Positions 51,749-62,150 of a stretch of 64,000 nt of DNA are shown in pieces. A program made the position numbers and the translations under genes. The stretch is from an uncultured Pseudomonadota bacterium (GTDB taxonomy: Bacteria > CALINM01): NCBI GenBank assembly GCA_964540515.1, contig CAZIMS010000009.1:28391-92390 (forward strand). Direction: 5' to 3'. The notes beneath the pieces are model-generated. The model saw only the letters and a list, made by a program, of their open reading frames with translations, did no database searches and was not told the DNA's origin. The number at the start of each line of letters is the position of its first letter. Position 1 is the stretch's first letter.

Positions 51749-53671
51749 ATGGGTAAGTCTCTTGTACATAAGATTATTGAAAATCATATTGTTTATGGTG
51801 AGATTAAGAAAGGTAATGAGATTGCCATTAAGATCGATCAAACTCTAACACAGGATGCCACTGGCACAATGGCATATCTTCAATTTGAGGCTATTGGTAT
51901 CCCACGGGTAAAAACAGAGCTTTCTGTTAGTTATGTAGATCATAATACACTTCAAACGGGTTTTGAGAATGCCGATGATCATAGGTTTTTAAGAACTATT
52001 GCTGAAAAGTTTGGTATTTATTTTTCTGCTCCAGGTAATGGTATCTGTCATCAAGTGCATCTGGAGAGATTTGGTATACCTGGAAAGACTCTCTTAGGTT
52101 CTGATAGTCATACCCCTACAGCAGGGGGGATGGGTATGCTTGCCATAGGGGTTGGGGGACTTGAGATAGCAACTGCTATGGCTGGATATCCTTTTTATAT
52201 TAATATGCCAGAGATTATATTGGTGAAATTAACTGGTAGTCTAAGACCTTTTGTCTCAGCAAAGGATATTATACTTGAATTATTAAGAAGACTTACTGTT
52301 AAGGGAGGAGTCGGTAAGATCTTTGAATATGGTGGTGAAGGAGTAAAAACACTCTCTGTCCCCGAAAGGGCTACTATTACTAATATGGGAGCAGAGCTTG
52401 GAGCAACAACATCAATCTTCCCATCTGATGAGATAACCTACCAGTTTTTAAAGGCTGAGAGAAGGGAAAAAGATTTTGTTCCCTTATCTGCTGATGAAGA
52501 TACTATCTATGATGGTGTTATTGAGCTAAACCTTAATGAGTTAGAACCTTTGATAGCCTGTCCTCACTCTCCTGATAATGTGGTAAAGGTTAAAGAGTTA
52601 AAAGATATTAGTGTCGATCAGGTATGTATAGGAAGCTGCACAAACTCATCCTATAAAGATTTAGCTACTGTAGCAAAGTTGTTGAAAGGTAAAAAGTTGC
52701 CCAAAAATGTTAGCCTTGTTATATCTCCTGGATCCAAGCAAGTTATGGAGACCATAGCAAGAGATGGTTATTTATATGATATAATTTCCTCTGGAGCTAG
52801 AATTTTAGAAAATGCCTGTGGTCCATGTATAGGCATGGGGCAATCGCCCTCCTCAGGTGCGGTATCTCTAAGAACTTTTAATAGGAATTTTGAGGGAAGA
52901 AGCGGCACTAAAGATGCGAAGGTTTATCTATGCTCCCCAGAGGTTGCAGTAGCATCGGCATTGGCAGGTAAGATTGTTGATCCAAGAATGTTTTTTGTAG
53001 ATAAAATATCAGTCAAACTACCAGAGAGCTTTGTTATTAACGATAATCTTATATATCCACCCTCTGATAATCCAGAAAAAGTGGAGGTTTTACGGGGGCC
53101 AAATATAGCGCCACTGACTATAACTAAACCATTAGATGAAAAGATTGAAGCGCCTGTTTTGTTAAAGGTGGGAGATAACATAACAACTGATGATATAATG
53201 CCAGCTGGGGCAAAGATTTTGCCATTGAGATCCAATATACCTGCAATATCAAGATATGTTTTTTATAATATTGATGAAAGTTTTTATGATAGGGCTAAAA
53301 AAGCAGGTAGTGGTTTTATAATTGGTGGTGAAAATTATGGTCAAGGCTCAAGTAGAGAACATGCGGCTCTTGCTCCTATGTATTTAGGTATTAAAGCAGT
53401 TATCTCCAAATCATTTGCCAGGATACATAGATCAAATCTAATAAATTTTGGCATATTACCTTTAACCTTTCTTGAGTCAGGTTTTTTTGATAAAATAGAT
53501 AAAGAAGATATATTGGTAATGGATAATTTTTTTGACTCACTAGCTTCCAATAGAGAAATAAAGGTTTATAACAAAACTAAGAATTTTTATTTTTCTGTGA
53601 GGGCTAACTTAACCCCGAGACAGGTTGAGATAATTAGGGCGGGCGGGTTGCTTAATTTTGTAAAAAGTTAG
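51749..53671 (+). CDS. Aconitase-family hydro-lyase (fused catalytic and swivel domains)
   Basis: Aconitase motifs (GSDSHT, CIGSCTNSS, NACGPCIGMG, NRNFEGR); 640 aa; exact substrate not assignable. Confidence 0.8.
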   Translation: MGKSLVHKIIENHIVYGEIKKGNEIAIKIDQTLTQDATGTMAYLQFEAIGIPRVKTELSVSYVDHNTLQTGFENADDHRFLRTIAEKFGIYFSAPGNGICHQVHLERFGIPGKTLLGSDSHTPTAGGMGMLAIGVGGLEIATAMAGYPFYINMPEIILVKLTGSLRPFVSAKDIILELLRRLTVKGGVGKIFEYGGEGVKTLSVPERATITNMGAELGATTSIFPSDEITYQFLKAERREKDFVPLSADEDTIYDGVIELNLNELEPLIACPHSPDNVVKVKELKDISVDQVCIGSCTNSSYKDLATVAKLLKGKKLPKNVSLVISPGSKQVMETIARDGYLYDIISSGARILENACGPCIGMGQSPSSGAVSLRTFNRNFEGRSGTKDAKVYLCSPEVAVASALAGKIVDPRMFFVDKISVKLPESFVINDNLIYPPSDNPEKVEVLRGPNIAPLTITKPLDEKIEAPVLLKVGDNITTDDIMPAGAKILPLRSNIPAISRYVFYNIDESFYDRAKKAGSGFIIGGENYGQGSSREHAALAPMYLGIKAVISKSFARIHRSNLINFGILPLTFLESGFFDKIDKEDILVMDNFFDSLASNREIKVYNKTKNFYFSVRANLTPRQVEIIRAGGLLNFVKS

Positions 53672-53678
53672 ATTAATT

Positions 53679-53825
53679 ATGGAAGAGAAAGAAAAAACTA
53701 AAGAAAAAAGATGTCTTGTTTGTGGTAAAAAATCAGAGACCGATATCTGCGATAGCTGTAAAGATAAGATACAAGCTGAGATGGTATATAAGAAGAAAAA
53801 AATAGAGAAAGAAGAAAAAGATTAG
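53679..53825 (+). CDS. Small Cys4 zinc-ribbon-like protein (48 aa), absent from the ORF track
   Basis: Manual translation MEEKEKTKEKRCLVCGKKSETDICDSCKDKIQAEMVYKKKKIEKEEKD; ends 10 nt before the next gene. Confidence 0.35.
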   Translation: MEEKEKTKEKRCLVCGKKSETDICDSCKDKIQAEMVYKKKKIEKEEKD

Positions 53826-53834
53826 GAGGAAGAC

Positions 53835-54356
53835 ATGGATCATCTTGATTTTTTAAAAAATTCTTTAAAGGAAGCAATAATCTTTGAACAAAATGGTAGA
53901 GAATTTTTTTTAAAGTCTGCTGAAGAGGCAAAAAATCCTTTTACCAAGGAAATATTTAAAACTCTTGCCGATGAGGAGTTAAAGCACATAAAAAGAGTAA
54001 AAGAGGTTTTTGATAGTCTCGTAAGGGGAAATATAATTCCAGAAAATTTACCTGTCTCTGAAAATAAACCCTGGAAGAATATTTTCAAAGATGCCTTGGA
54101 AAGGTTTAAAGATCTTGTAAAAAGCGATATGCAGGATAAAGAAGCTATAAAGTTAGGTCTTGATTTTGAATCAAAGGGTTTTAAATTTTATGATGAGATG
54201 GCAAAAAAGTCATCAAATCCAATAGAGAAGAAGTTTTTTGAGATTTTGAGAGATGAGGAAGAGGGACATTACCTGTTAATTGAAAATTTAGAAAAATTTT
54301 TGCTAAACCCTGTTGATTGGTACGGAGAAAAGGAACATCATATCTTTGAGGGGTAA
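53835..54356 (+). CDS. Rubrerythrin/ferritin-like diiron-domain protein
   Basis: Paired E..ExxH motifs (EELKHI, EEEGHY); AGGAGG RBS. Confidence 0.6.
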   Translation: MDHLDFLKNSLKEAIIFEQNGREFFLKSAEEAKNPFTKEIFKTLADEELKHIKRVKEVFDSLVRGNIIPENLPVSENKPWKNIFKDALERFKDLVKSDMQDKEAIKLGLDFESKGFKFYDEMAKKSSNPIEKKFFEILRDEEEGHYLLIENLEKFLLNPVDWYGEKEHHIFEG

Positions 54357-54419
54357 GAAATAGGAAAATTAACTTTTTCTTTAATCTTATCTATATTTTT
54401 TTTAACTTTTTCTCTAACT

Positions 54420-55115
54420 TTGTCTGATGCACTCTCTTTAGGGTGGTTGGCGAAGGATCCATTAAAAAAGGGAGAGATATATCTTGATAAGGTAATTGAT
54501 GGTGATACAATACTTTTAAAAGATGGCAGATATGTAAGGCTTATTGGGATAGATACGCCTGAGGTTAGAAGAAAGATTGATGGTAAATGGGTAGATATCT
54601 CAGAACCCTATAGTAGAGAAGCTACCGAGTTTTTAAAAAAAATTTTATATGATAAAAAAATAACTCTTGATTACGATAGCGAGATCAAAGACAGCTACAA
54701 TAGAGAGCTTTGTTACGTATACTCAGATGGTATCTTAGTTAATGATGCAATCTTAAAGGAAGGGTTAGCTTTCCCTTACTTAAAAAACAAGAAACTTAAG
54801 TATTATCAGAGACTCAAAAATGCCTTTTATGAGGCCGTGAGACAACAAAAAAATATCTATAAGATAAATCTGAAAGGTGAGAAGAATTTAAATAAATATG
54901 TAGGAAAGGATGTTTTTTACGAAGGGGTTGTAAGAAACATTCATTTGGGTTCCTCTTCAACTGAGCTAATTTTTGATAACTTGATTGTTATAGCTGAAGG
55001 TTCACATAGAGGTATAAAAAGAGGAGATTACTTGTTTGCCTATGGAAAACTTACTCAGAAAAATAGGAGATTTATAATAATATCTCAGAGAAATAGGATC
55101 TTTTATTTTGATTGA
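54420..55115 (+). CDS. Thermonuclease (SNase-like) family protein
   Basis: SNase-like motifs (VIDGDTI, RLIGIDTPE); non-ATG start in track. Confidence 0.7.
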   Translation: MSDALSLGWLAKDPLKKGEIYLDKVIDGDTILLKDGRYVRLIGIDTPEVRRKIDGKWVDISEPYSREATEFLKKILYDKKITLDYDSEIKDSYNRELCYVYSDGILVNDAILKEGLAFPYLKNKKLKYYQRLKNAFYEAVRQQKNIYKINLKGEKNLNKYVGKDVFYEGVVRNIHLGSSSTELIFDNLIVIAEGSHRGIKRGDYLFAYGKLTQKNRRFIIISQRNRIFYFD

Positions 55116-56572
55116 TCAAAAGAAGAAAAAAGTTCATCAAAATTGTTTCCATCCTCAGGATAGGAAACAATTTTGTATATAAAAGGGATACCCTCTTTTG
55201 AAAGCTTCTCTCTTAGGAAATTTATTTTCTCATTTATCTCTTCAACGCCTGTTTGATCAAAAACTACAAAGTCGTCGCCACCAGCTCTAACAACGATTGA
55301 TGGTGTAAGAAATATAGATTGTAGATAATGGGCTGTTTTAATAATTATCTCATCACCCTTTATCCTTCCTTTTGTTCTGTTTATTTCTGATATGCCCTTT
55401 ATATCAATTAGTACTAAGTAAAAGGTCTGATTTTCCTGAATCTTCTCCTTTAAAAAGTTTTTTAAGTAGGGGTACCAGTATAGACCTGTAAGAAAATCTA
55501 TATAAACCATCGCTTCTCTAAACTTCTCTATATAGGGAGATATAGAGCTTTTTACTTCTTCTAAATCTTCTATTTCTTCAAGTACTGATATAGATGCTTC
55601 TCTCAAATCAGGGTCAAATTTTTTACCGAACTCAGATATTATGTAATCTATCACGTCGTTCTTTGCCATCTTTTTTCTATAGGGTCTTAAAGAAGAAAGG
55701 GCATCATAATTATCCGCAATGGATATTATTCTCGATTCAAGGGGGATATTTTTAGCCTTTAAACCTTCTGGATAACCTTTTCCGTCAAAGTTTTCGTGGT
55801 GATATTTTATCCAGGGTATTATGCTATTTAGTGGTGTTATCTCAGAAACTATTAAGGCACTCATACCAGGATGATTTTTCATAATCATATACTCAAAATC
55901 TGTTAGTTTTCCGGGCTTAAGCAGGATCAGGTCTGGAATACCAACCTTTCCTACATCGTGGAGAAGTCCTGCAAGCTCAAGTTTCTTTAATGATTCTTCT
56001 TCAAAGCCCAATTTTTTTGCTATTTTAGTAGATATTAGAGCCACTCTTTCTGAATGACCTCTTGTATAAGGGTCTCGAGCTTCTATAGCGTTTGCCAGTG
56101 CTTTAACAGATTGTATGGCGAGCTGTTCTAACATTTCTGTTCGTTCTTTAAGAAGGCTCTCAACGTGACTAAAGTATTTCTTGCTTTGTTTAATGTTTAA
56201 ACAATAATTAAGAGCACTATCTATCTTTTCTTTTATTTGTTGTAATGTGAAGGGCTTTGGTATAAAGTCAAAGACACCTTTAGAAAGGGCAGATTGAATT
56301 ATCTCAACATTAACGGAACCACTAATAATTATTATTGGAATGTCTTTATAAATGCCACTTTTAAGATTATCTACAAAGGGTAGGGAGTTTACTCCTTTCA
56401 AAAACACATCAAGTATTACTAAATCTACTTCAGGATTGGAGGAGAAAAATTTATTAGCTTCATCAATCTCTGAAAATGCCTCTACTTGGTATCCCAAAAG
56501 CTCACCAAAATCTTTTAACATCTCTCGAGGAGCCGTATCATCATCTATTATAACTATTCTTGGTTCTTTCAT
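55103..56572 (-). CDS. Response regulator with HD-GYP phosphodiesterase domain and degenerate GGDEF-like C-terminus
   Basis: REC domain, HD-GYP motifs (HSERV, HDVGK, GYP), C-terminal GGDDF. Confidence 0.75.
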   Translation of the reverse strand: MKEPRIVIIDDDTAPREMLKDFGELLGYQVEAFSEIDEANKFFSSNPEVDLVILDVFLKGVNSLPFVDNLKSGIYKDIPIIIISGSVNVEIIQSALSKGVFDFIPKPFTLQQIKEKIDSALNYCLNIKQSKKYFSHVESLLKERTEMLEQLAIQSVKALANAIEARDPYTRGHSERVALISTKIAKKLGFEEESLKKLELAGLLHDVGKVGIPDLILLKPGKLTDFEYMIMKNHPGMSALIVSEITPLNSIIPWIKYHHENFDGKGYPEGLKAKNIPLESRIISIADNYDALSSLRPYRKKMAKNDVIDYIISEFGKKFDPDLREASISVLEEIEDLEEVKSSISPYIEKFREAMVYIDFLTGLYWYPYLKNFLKEKIQENQTFYLVLIDIKGISEINRTKGRIKGDEIIIKTAHYLQSIFLTPSIVVRAGGDDFVVFDQTGVEEINEKINFLREKLSKEGIPFIYKIVSYPEDGNNFDELFSSFDQSK

Positions 56573-58782
56573 TTAATACCTAATATGGAGATGAGGTCGT
56601 TAAAACTAAAGGGTTTAATAAGAAAAGGACGTCCTGTCTTTTTTAGTTTTTCTCTTGTATCAAGACTTACCTCTCCGGTTATGAAGACAACTCTTTTTGC
56701 TAACTCTTCATTTTCTTTTAATAAATCGTAGAAAAGCTCTGTTCCATCTTTATCAGGTAACCTGTTATCAAGTATAATAACATCATAAGTATTATGTTTC
56801 ATTAGTTTAACAGCGCTCTGGGCATCCTTTGCCTCGTCAACTCTATATTTGAAAGTAAAAAGTATATCAGATAAATATTCTCTAACTGTAGTGTCGTCGT
56901 CAATGACTAATGCCTTTTTAAACTCATCAGGTTTAAAGGAGGTCTTGTCATCAATGTTATCAGTAATTTTTTCTTCTTTCTTAATAGTAATAGGAAGCTG
57001 TATTTTGAAGGTAGTACCATTTTTTGAGGTCTCGAAGCTTATAGTACCTTTATGCATCTGAATAATTCTATGAACAAGAGATAATCCTAATCCTGTTCCT
57101 TTACCCTGCGATTTTGTGGTAAAGAAGGGTTGGAAGATTTTATCTTTTATATTCTCCGGAATGCCATGTCCATTGTCAGAAACAGTTAGTACGACATTAT
57201 TGTCATCTATTTTTTTAGCCTCAAGTTTAACTTTATTTCCTTTACCGCCGCTTGTTATAGCATCAAAGGCGTTCTGAAGAAGATTTAAAACCACCTGCTG
57301 TATTAGTCCAGAGTTGCAATAAACTAATGGCAAATTATCTTCAATATCAATCTCAAGGTGAATGTTATTTTCCTCGAAGGAGGCAGATATCAAAAAGCTA
57401 ACTTCTTTTAAGGTAGAAGAGATGTCTGTGTAAGACATATCCATTATTTGTTGTTTTCTTGAGAATTTTAAAAGGTTTTCGATTATATTCTTAACTCTAA
57501 AACTTTCTCTTTGAATCTTATCTACAACATCTAATACTTTCTTAGGTACCAAATCCTTGTAAAATGTAAGCAACTCAGCGTAACCTATAATTCCTGTTAT
57601 AGGATTATTAATCTCGTGGGCAATATTTGCGGCTAACTCACCTATTGATACCAATTTAGCTGATTGAATAAGCTCTTCCTGAGTCTTTAATTCTGATGTT
57701 ATGTCATTGAAAGTTATAATCACACACTCCTGATTATTAAATATTAAAGGAGAGGCGCTAAGCTTGTAATAGTTATCATCAAGCGTGAAAATTTTTGTGT
57801 AAGTATTTTCTTTTTTAGAATCAGCTATACTGTTAAAAATTTCATCAATAGAGATATCATCAATATAAAAGAGCTTACTCTCTCTAAAAGAGCCTGCTTT
57901 GTCGATTATTTTTTTTGCTTTATCGTTCATCTTGATAATTTCCTTGTTGACATTAACGAATAGTAGCCCTTCGCTCATTCTTGAGATAATATTCTCTAGG
58001 AGACTATTAATTTGTTGAATCTGCTTTTCCTTTAGTACCTCTCCCGTAATATCTTCTTGTATTTCTACTATTTTATTAATTTTTCCATCTAAATCATATA
58101 TGGGATAGCTTGAAATATTTATGTACCTAATGCCACTTTCTGTGGGGACTTCAATTATATCTCTTGTAGCTTTTCCTTCAAAGCTTTCTGCAACAGGACA
58201 GCCTCCGTCCTTTAAGCAAAAGTCTTTACCAAAGGTTAAGTCATAACATTTTTTACCAATGATATCATCAAGATTAAGACCTCTCTTTTTCAAAAATGAG
58301 TTGTTTGCTAAACTTATAGTCCTCTCAGAATCTATGATTATTATCTCACTACCAACACTGTTTAAGATAGTGTCAAGGAAGTCTCGCTCTTGTTTGAGCT
58401 TCTTTTCTACCTGTTTAATTTTAAGGGCTGTATTTATTCTGGCGAAGAGCTCATTCTCATCAAAAGGCTTTGTTATATAGTCAATAGCCCCAAGATTAAG
58501 ACCTGTAACAAGGTCTTTTTTATCTAAATATCGGGCTGTTAAGAAGATTATCGGTATATCTTTAATATTGTCTTTTTCTTTTATCATCTTACAAAGCGTA
58601 AAACCATCAATCTCAGGCATCATTATATCAAGGATAATTAAGTCAGGGCCTTCCTTCTCAATAATAGAGATTGCATCTTTTGGATAAGAAGACAATATAG
58701 TAGAGTAACCTCTTTGTTTGAGATATAAATCTAATATTTTTAAATTTTCAATCTCATCGTCTATAACTAAAATTTTCTCCAT
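56569..58782 (-). CDS. Hybrid sensor histidine kinase (REC-PAS-HisKA-HATPase-REC)
   Basis: N- and C-terminal receiver domains, H-box AHEINNPI, G-box GTGLGL. Confidence 0.8.
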   Translation of the reverse strand: MEKILVIDDEIENLKILDLYLKQRGYSTILSSYPKDAISIIEKEGPDLIILDIMMPEIDGFTLCKMIKEKDNIKDIPIIFLTARYLDKKDLVTGLNLGAIDYITKPFDENELFARINTALKIKQVEKKLKQERDFLDTILNSVGSEIIIIDSERTISLANNSFLKKRGLNLDDIIGKKCYDLTFGKDFCLKDGGCPVAESFEGKATRDIIEVPTESGIRYINISSYPIYDLDGKINKIVEIQEDITGEVLKEKQIQQINSLLENIISRMSEGLLFVNVNKEIIKMNDKAKKIIDKAGSFRESKLFYIDDISIDEIFNSIADSKKENTYTKIFTLDDNYYKLSASPLIFNNQECVIITFNDITSELKTQEELIQSAKLVSIGELAANIAHEINNPITGIIGYAELLTFYKDLVPKKVLDVVDKIQRESFRVKNIIENLLKFSRKQQIMDMSYTDISSTLKEVSFLISASFEENNIHLEIDIEDNLPLVYCNSGLIQQVVLNLLQNAFDAITSGGKGNKVKLEAKKIDDNNVVLTVSDNGHGIPENIKDKIFQPFFTTKSQGKGTGLGLSLVHRIIQMHKGTISFETSKNGTTFKIQLPITIKKEEKITDNIDDKTSFKPDEFKKALVIDDDTTVREYLSDILFTFKYRVDEAKDAQSAVKLMKHNTYDVIILDNRLPDKDGTELFYDLLKENEELAKRVVFITGEVSLDTREKLKKTGRPFLIKPFSFNDLISILGIK

Positions 58783-58864
58783 ATATTATGTTATTCTAAT
58801 ATCTTTTCATATTTTTGTAAATCTAATTGATATTTTTATTTCTTAAGATTTAAAATAAACTGCA

Positions 58865-60226
58865 ATGATTCTTGAAAGGCTAAAAGAAAAGATATCTTTG
58901 AATGATATAATAAGCTTTCTTGGTACGAAGGAAGGATTTTACTGCCTTGATAGCGGAAATAGCGAGCTTCCTCGAGGGAGATACTCCTATGTTGGCATTA
59001 AACCAGAGTTTTCTATCTATTGTATAGGAGATAGTCTTTTTTTGAGAGAAAACAATAAAGTTAGGGCTTTAAAAGATGATATTTTTACATTTATAAGAGC
59101 ACATCTTGGTAAAAGAAAGGTAACAAAAAAAGCTTTCCCTTTCAACTCAGGATTTATTGGATATATTACTTACGACTTTGGTTGGAATCTTGATAAATTC
59201 AATAGAAAAAAGATGTTAAAAAGGGTATTAAATCTACCTCTCATAAAATTTAATTATTACTCCGAAGTTTTGGTATATGACCACAAATTCGAAGATCTGT
59301 ATTATATTAATGAGAAAGACAATAAAGACTGGAAAGATATCTTAAAATTCTTCAAAAAGGTTAAGTCTAAAAAAGAAGATATTAGAATAGACAATTTAAG
59401 ATCATCTTTTTCTTATAGAAACTATGAAAAGGCAATCTTAAAAACCAAAGATTATATAAAATCTGGAGATATTTATCAGGCAAACATATCACAAAGATTC
59501 TCGGTAAATGCAAGCTTTAATCCTGTTGACTTTTATTTAAAATTAAGAGAGATTAGTCCAGCTCCCTTTGGTGCCTATTTAAGAGATCCCTTTGCCACAG
59601 TAGTTTGTAACTCTCCAGAGAGGTTCCTTTATAAAAAGGGGAGATACATAGAAACCTGTCCTATAAAGGGTACGAGAAAAAGATATTTTGACAAAGAAAA
59701 AGATTTATATCAAAAAAAAGAGTTAAGAAAAAGTCAGAAGGATAGGGCAGAACATATTATGATAGTGGATTTGGAAAGGAATGATTTAGGAAAGATCTGT
59801 GAGATTGGCTCTGTTAAAGTAAAAAAACTTTTTTCTATAGAGTCCTATGCCAATGTCCATCATATGGTTTCCATCGTTTATGGTAAGCTGAAAAAGTCCT
59901 TAGATATTACCGATTGTATTAAGGCTACCTTTCCTGGAGGTTCTATAACAGGCGCACCAAAGCTAAGATCAATGGAGATAATAGATGAGTTAGAACCAGT
60001 TAGCAGAGGGATCTATTGTGGTTCAATAGGATATATAGATAACTCAGGTGATGCCGATTTTAATATCGCCATAAGAACAGGTGTCATCACAAGAGGTAAG
60101 ATGTATTTTTATGTAGGTGGGGGGATAGTTGCTGACTCTGAGCCTAAGTTAGAGTATGAAGAAACTATTACTAAGGCTAAGGCTTTTTTGTCGGCATTAA
60201 ACTTATCAGAGATAAAAGAGTTATAA
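58865..60226 (+). CDS. pabB: Aminodeoxychorismate synthase component I (chorismate-binding enzyme)
   Basis: Chorismate-binding motifs (PGGSITGAPK); followed by class IV aminotransferase-fold lyase. Confidence 0.75.
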   Translation: MILERLKEKISLNDIISFLGTKEGFYCLDSGNSELPRGRYSYVGIKPEFSIYCIGDSLFLRENNKVRALKDDIFTFIRAHLGKRKVTKKAFPFNSGFIGYITYDFGWNLDKFNRKKMLKRVLNLPLIKFNYYSEVLVYDHKFEDLYYINEKDNKDWKDILKFFKKVKSKKEDIRIDNLRSSFSYRNYEKAILKTKDYIKSGDIYQANISQRFSVNASFNPVDFYLKLREISPAPFGAYLRDPFATVVCNSPERFLYKKGRYIETCPIKGTRKRYFDKEKDLYQKKELRKSQKDRAEHIMIVDLERNDLGKICEIGSVKVKKLFSIESYANVHHMVSIVYGKLKKSLDITDCIKATFPGGSITGAPKLRSMEIIDELEPVSRGIYCGSIGYIDNSGDADFNIAIRTGVITRGKMYFYVGGGIVADSEPKLEYEETITKAKAFLSALNLSEIKEL

Positions 60227-60227
60227 G

Positions 60228-61034
60228 ATGAGAGTATATCTTAATGGTGCTTTTTTAGAAGAAGTCAATGCCCACATCTCGCCCTTTGATAGAGGTTTTT
60301 TATATGGTGATGGTATTTTTGAGACTATTAAGTGCATCGAAGGCAAACCAATGCTTTTAAGAGAGCATGTAAAAAGATTAAAAAGTGGGCTTAAGGAGTT
60401 AAATATATCTATAAAAGAAGAATACAGAGATTTCAAATTAATAATTGAGAGTTTATTGGATTACAATTCTTTGAGAGATTGTTCTGCCTATGTAAGAATA
60501 TCAATAAGCAGAGGTGTTACAAAGGCTTTGAGAGATTTTGATGCAAAAAATCCAACAGTATTTATCTTTACAAGAAAGATAGATGAGGATAGTCTCTCAA
60601 ATATGCGAAAAAAAGGAGTGATTTTAAAAACTGTTACTTATTACAGAAGTTTTTTGCCTCACTTTAAACATTTAAATTATTTGGCCTCTATATATAGCTT
60701 AATGAATAACAGAGATTGTGATGAGGTATTATTTTTAGATGAAAGAAAAAAGATTTTGGAAGGTGCTACGAGTAATATCTTTTTTGTTAATGAAAAAGCC
60801 ATATATACACCAAAGGATAAAATTTTAAAAGGCCTTTATAGAGATTTTATTATTAAAAAGATGAGAGCTCTAAATTTTAAGGTTTTAGAACAAGAGATAC
60901 CTTTAAGAGAGATAGACAATTTTTATTCTGCTTTTATAACAAACTCAATTATTCAGATTATACCTGTTAGAAAGATTGACCAAGTTGAGTTTGACATACA
61001 AAATAGGCTATTCCAAAAACTTTGCAGTTTTTAA
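60228..61034 (+). CDS. pabC: Aminodeoxychorismate lyase (class IV aminotransferase fold)
   Basis: 268 aa, FDRGFLYGDGIFET motif; adjacent to pabB. Confidence 0.7.
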   Translation: MRVYLNGAFLEEVNAHISPFDRGFLYGDGIFETIKCIEGKPMLLREHVKRLKSGLKELNISIKEEYRDFKLIIESLLDYNSLRDCSAYVRISISRGVTKALRDFDAKNPTVFIFTRKIDEDSLSNMRKKGVILKTVTYYRSFLPHFKHLNYLASIYSLMNNRDCDEVLFLDERKKILEGATSNIFFVNEKAIYTPKDKILKGLYRDFIIKKMRALNFKVLEQEIPLREIDNFYSAFITNSIIQIIPVRKIDQVEFDIQNRLFQKLCSF

Positions 61035-61086
61035 ATTTTCAAATTACTAAATAATTTTTTATTGCTTTGTTTATCTTACAAAAGGC

Positions 61087-61115
61087 TTGACATTTTTATT
61101 TTTTATCAATATTAT
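61087..61115 (+). promoter_or_regulatory. Sigma-70-type promoter for the FeS / cytochrome b pair
   Basis: TTGACA, 17-bp spacer, TATTAT, about 30 nt upstream of the GGAGAG RBS. Confidence 0.45.
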
Positions 61116-61145
61116 TATATATATGATTTTTTGAATTAAAGGAGA

Positions 61146-62150
61146 GTGATTATGGATATTAAAATTAGTCGAAGAAATTTTTTATTAGGCACGGGCTTGT
61201 TAACAGCAGGGAGTTTACTGCCAGCTGTAAGTGCTAATAGTGCGATTGATGATGGTTCCTTTGCTACTCTAATTGACTTAACAAAATGTGATGGCTGTAA
61301 AGAATATGAGATGCCACTTTGTGTAAAGGCCTGTAAAAATGGCAATCAAAGTAAGTTTCCTGAGCCTGATAAGAAAATGTTAAAGCCCTATTGGCCACAA
61401 AAGTTTTATGATGACTGGAGCTCGAAAAGAAATGTCATAGATAGATTAACTCCATACAACTGGATCTTTGTTCAAAGAGTGAAAATTAATAAAGACGGTA
61501 AAGAGGAAGAAATATCTGTTCCAAGAAGATGTATGCATTGTGATAATCCACCCTGTGCAAAGCTCTGTCCTTTTGGAGTTAATAAAAAACACTCTGAAGG
61601 TCCTGTAACCATAGATTGCAAACTCTGCTTTGGCGGTGCTAAATGTAAGGATGTCTGCCCATGGGGTGTACCTCAAAGACAGGCAGGTGTAGGTATATAT
61701 ACAAAATTAGACCCTCTACCAGTAGGCGGCGGGGTTATGTATAAATGTGATTTGTGTTTCGATGAGATAAAGAAGGGAAACGTCCCTTATTGTGTTAAAG
61801 ATTGTCCTAAGAAGGCTATAAGTTTTGGAAGACGTAGTGAGATATTTAAGATGGCAGATGCCATGGCAAAAGAAAAAGGTTTATATATATACGGAAAAGA
61901 AGAAAACGGCGGTACTTCTACAATTTATTTGAGCTCTGTATCTTTTGAAGAGATTGATAAAGCGATTATAGCATCTACAGAAGACAATAAAAAGGTTATG
62001 AGATTCCACAAACCAAAGAATATGTTAGAGAAATATAAAAATTTAGCTAGATTAGTACTTTTCGCTCCTATTTTAGGAATAATATCTGCATTATTTTCTG
62101 CTAATAGTGATATAAAGAAAAATTTAAGAAAGGAGAAAAAACATGAGTAA
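61146..62150 (+). CDS. Tat-exported 4Fe-4S ferredoxin-type iron-sulfur protein (HybA/FdnH/NrfC-like)
   Basis: Twin-arginine signal RRNFLLG plus four Cys clusters; probable true start at ATG 61152. Confidence 0.7.
   Translation: MIMDIKISRRNFLLGTGLLTAGSLLPAVSANSAIDDGSFATLIDLTKCDGCKEYEMPLCVKACKNGNQSKFPEPDKKMLKPYWPQKFYDDWSSKRNVIDRLTPYNWIFVQRVKINKDGKEEEISVPRRCMHCDNPPCAKLCPFGVNKKHSEGPVTIDCKLCFGGAKCKDVCPWGVPQRQAGVGIYTKLDPLPVGGGVMYKCDLCFDEIKKGNVPYCVKDCPKKAISFGRRSEIFKMADAMAKEKGLYIYGKEENGGTSTIYLSSVSFEEIDKAIIASTEDNKKVMRFHKPKNMLEKYKNLARLVLFAPILGIISALFSANSDIKKNLRKEKKHE

Noticed and set aside
53698-54088. Minus-strand ORFs 53698..53931 and 53840..54088
   Set aside because: They overlap the plus-strand zinc-ribbon ORF and the rubrerythrin-like gene and have no motifs.
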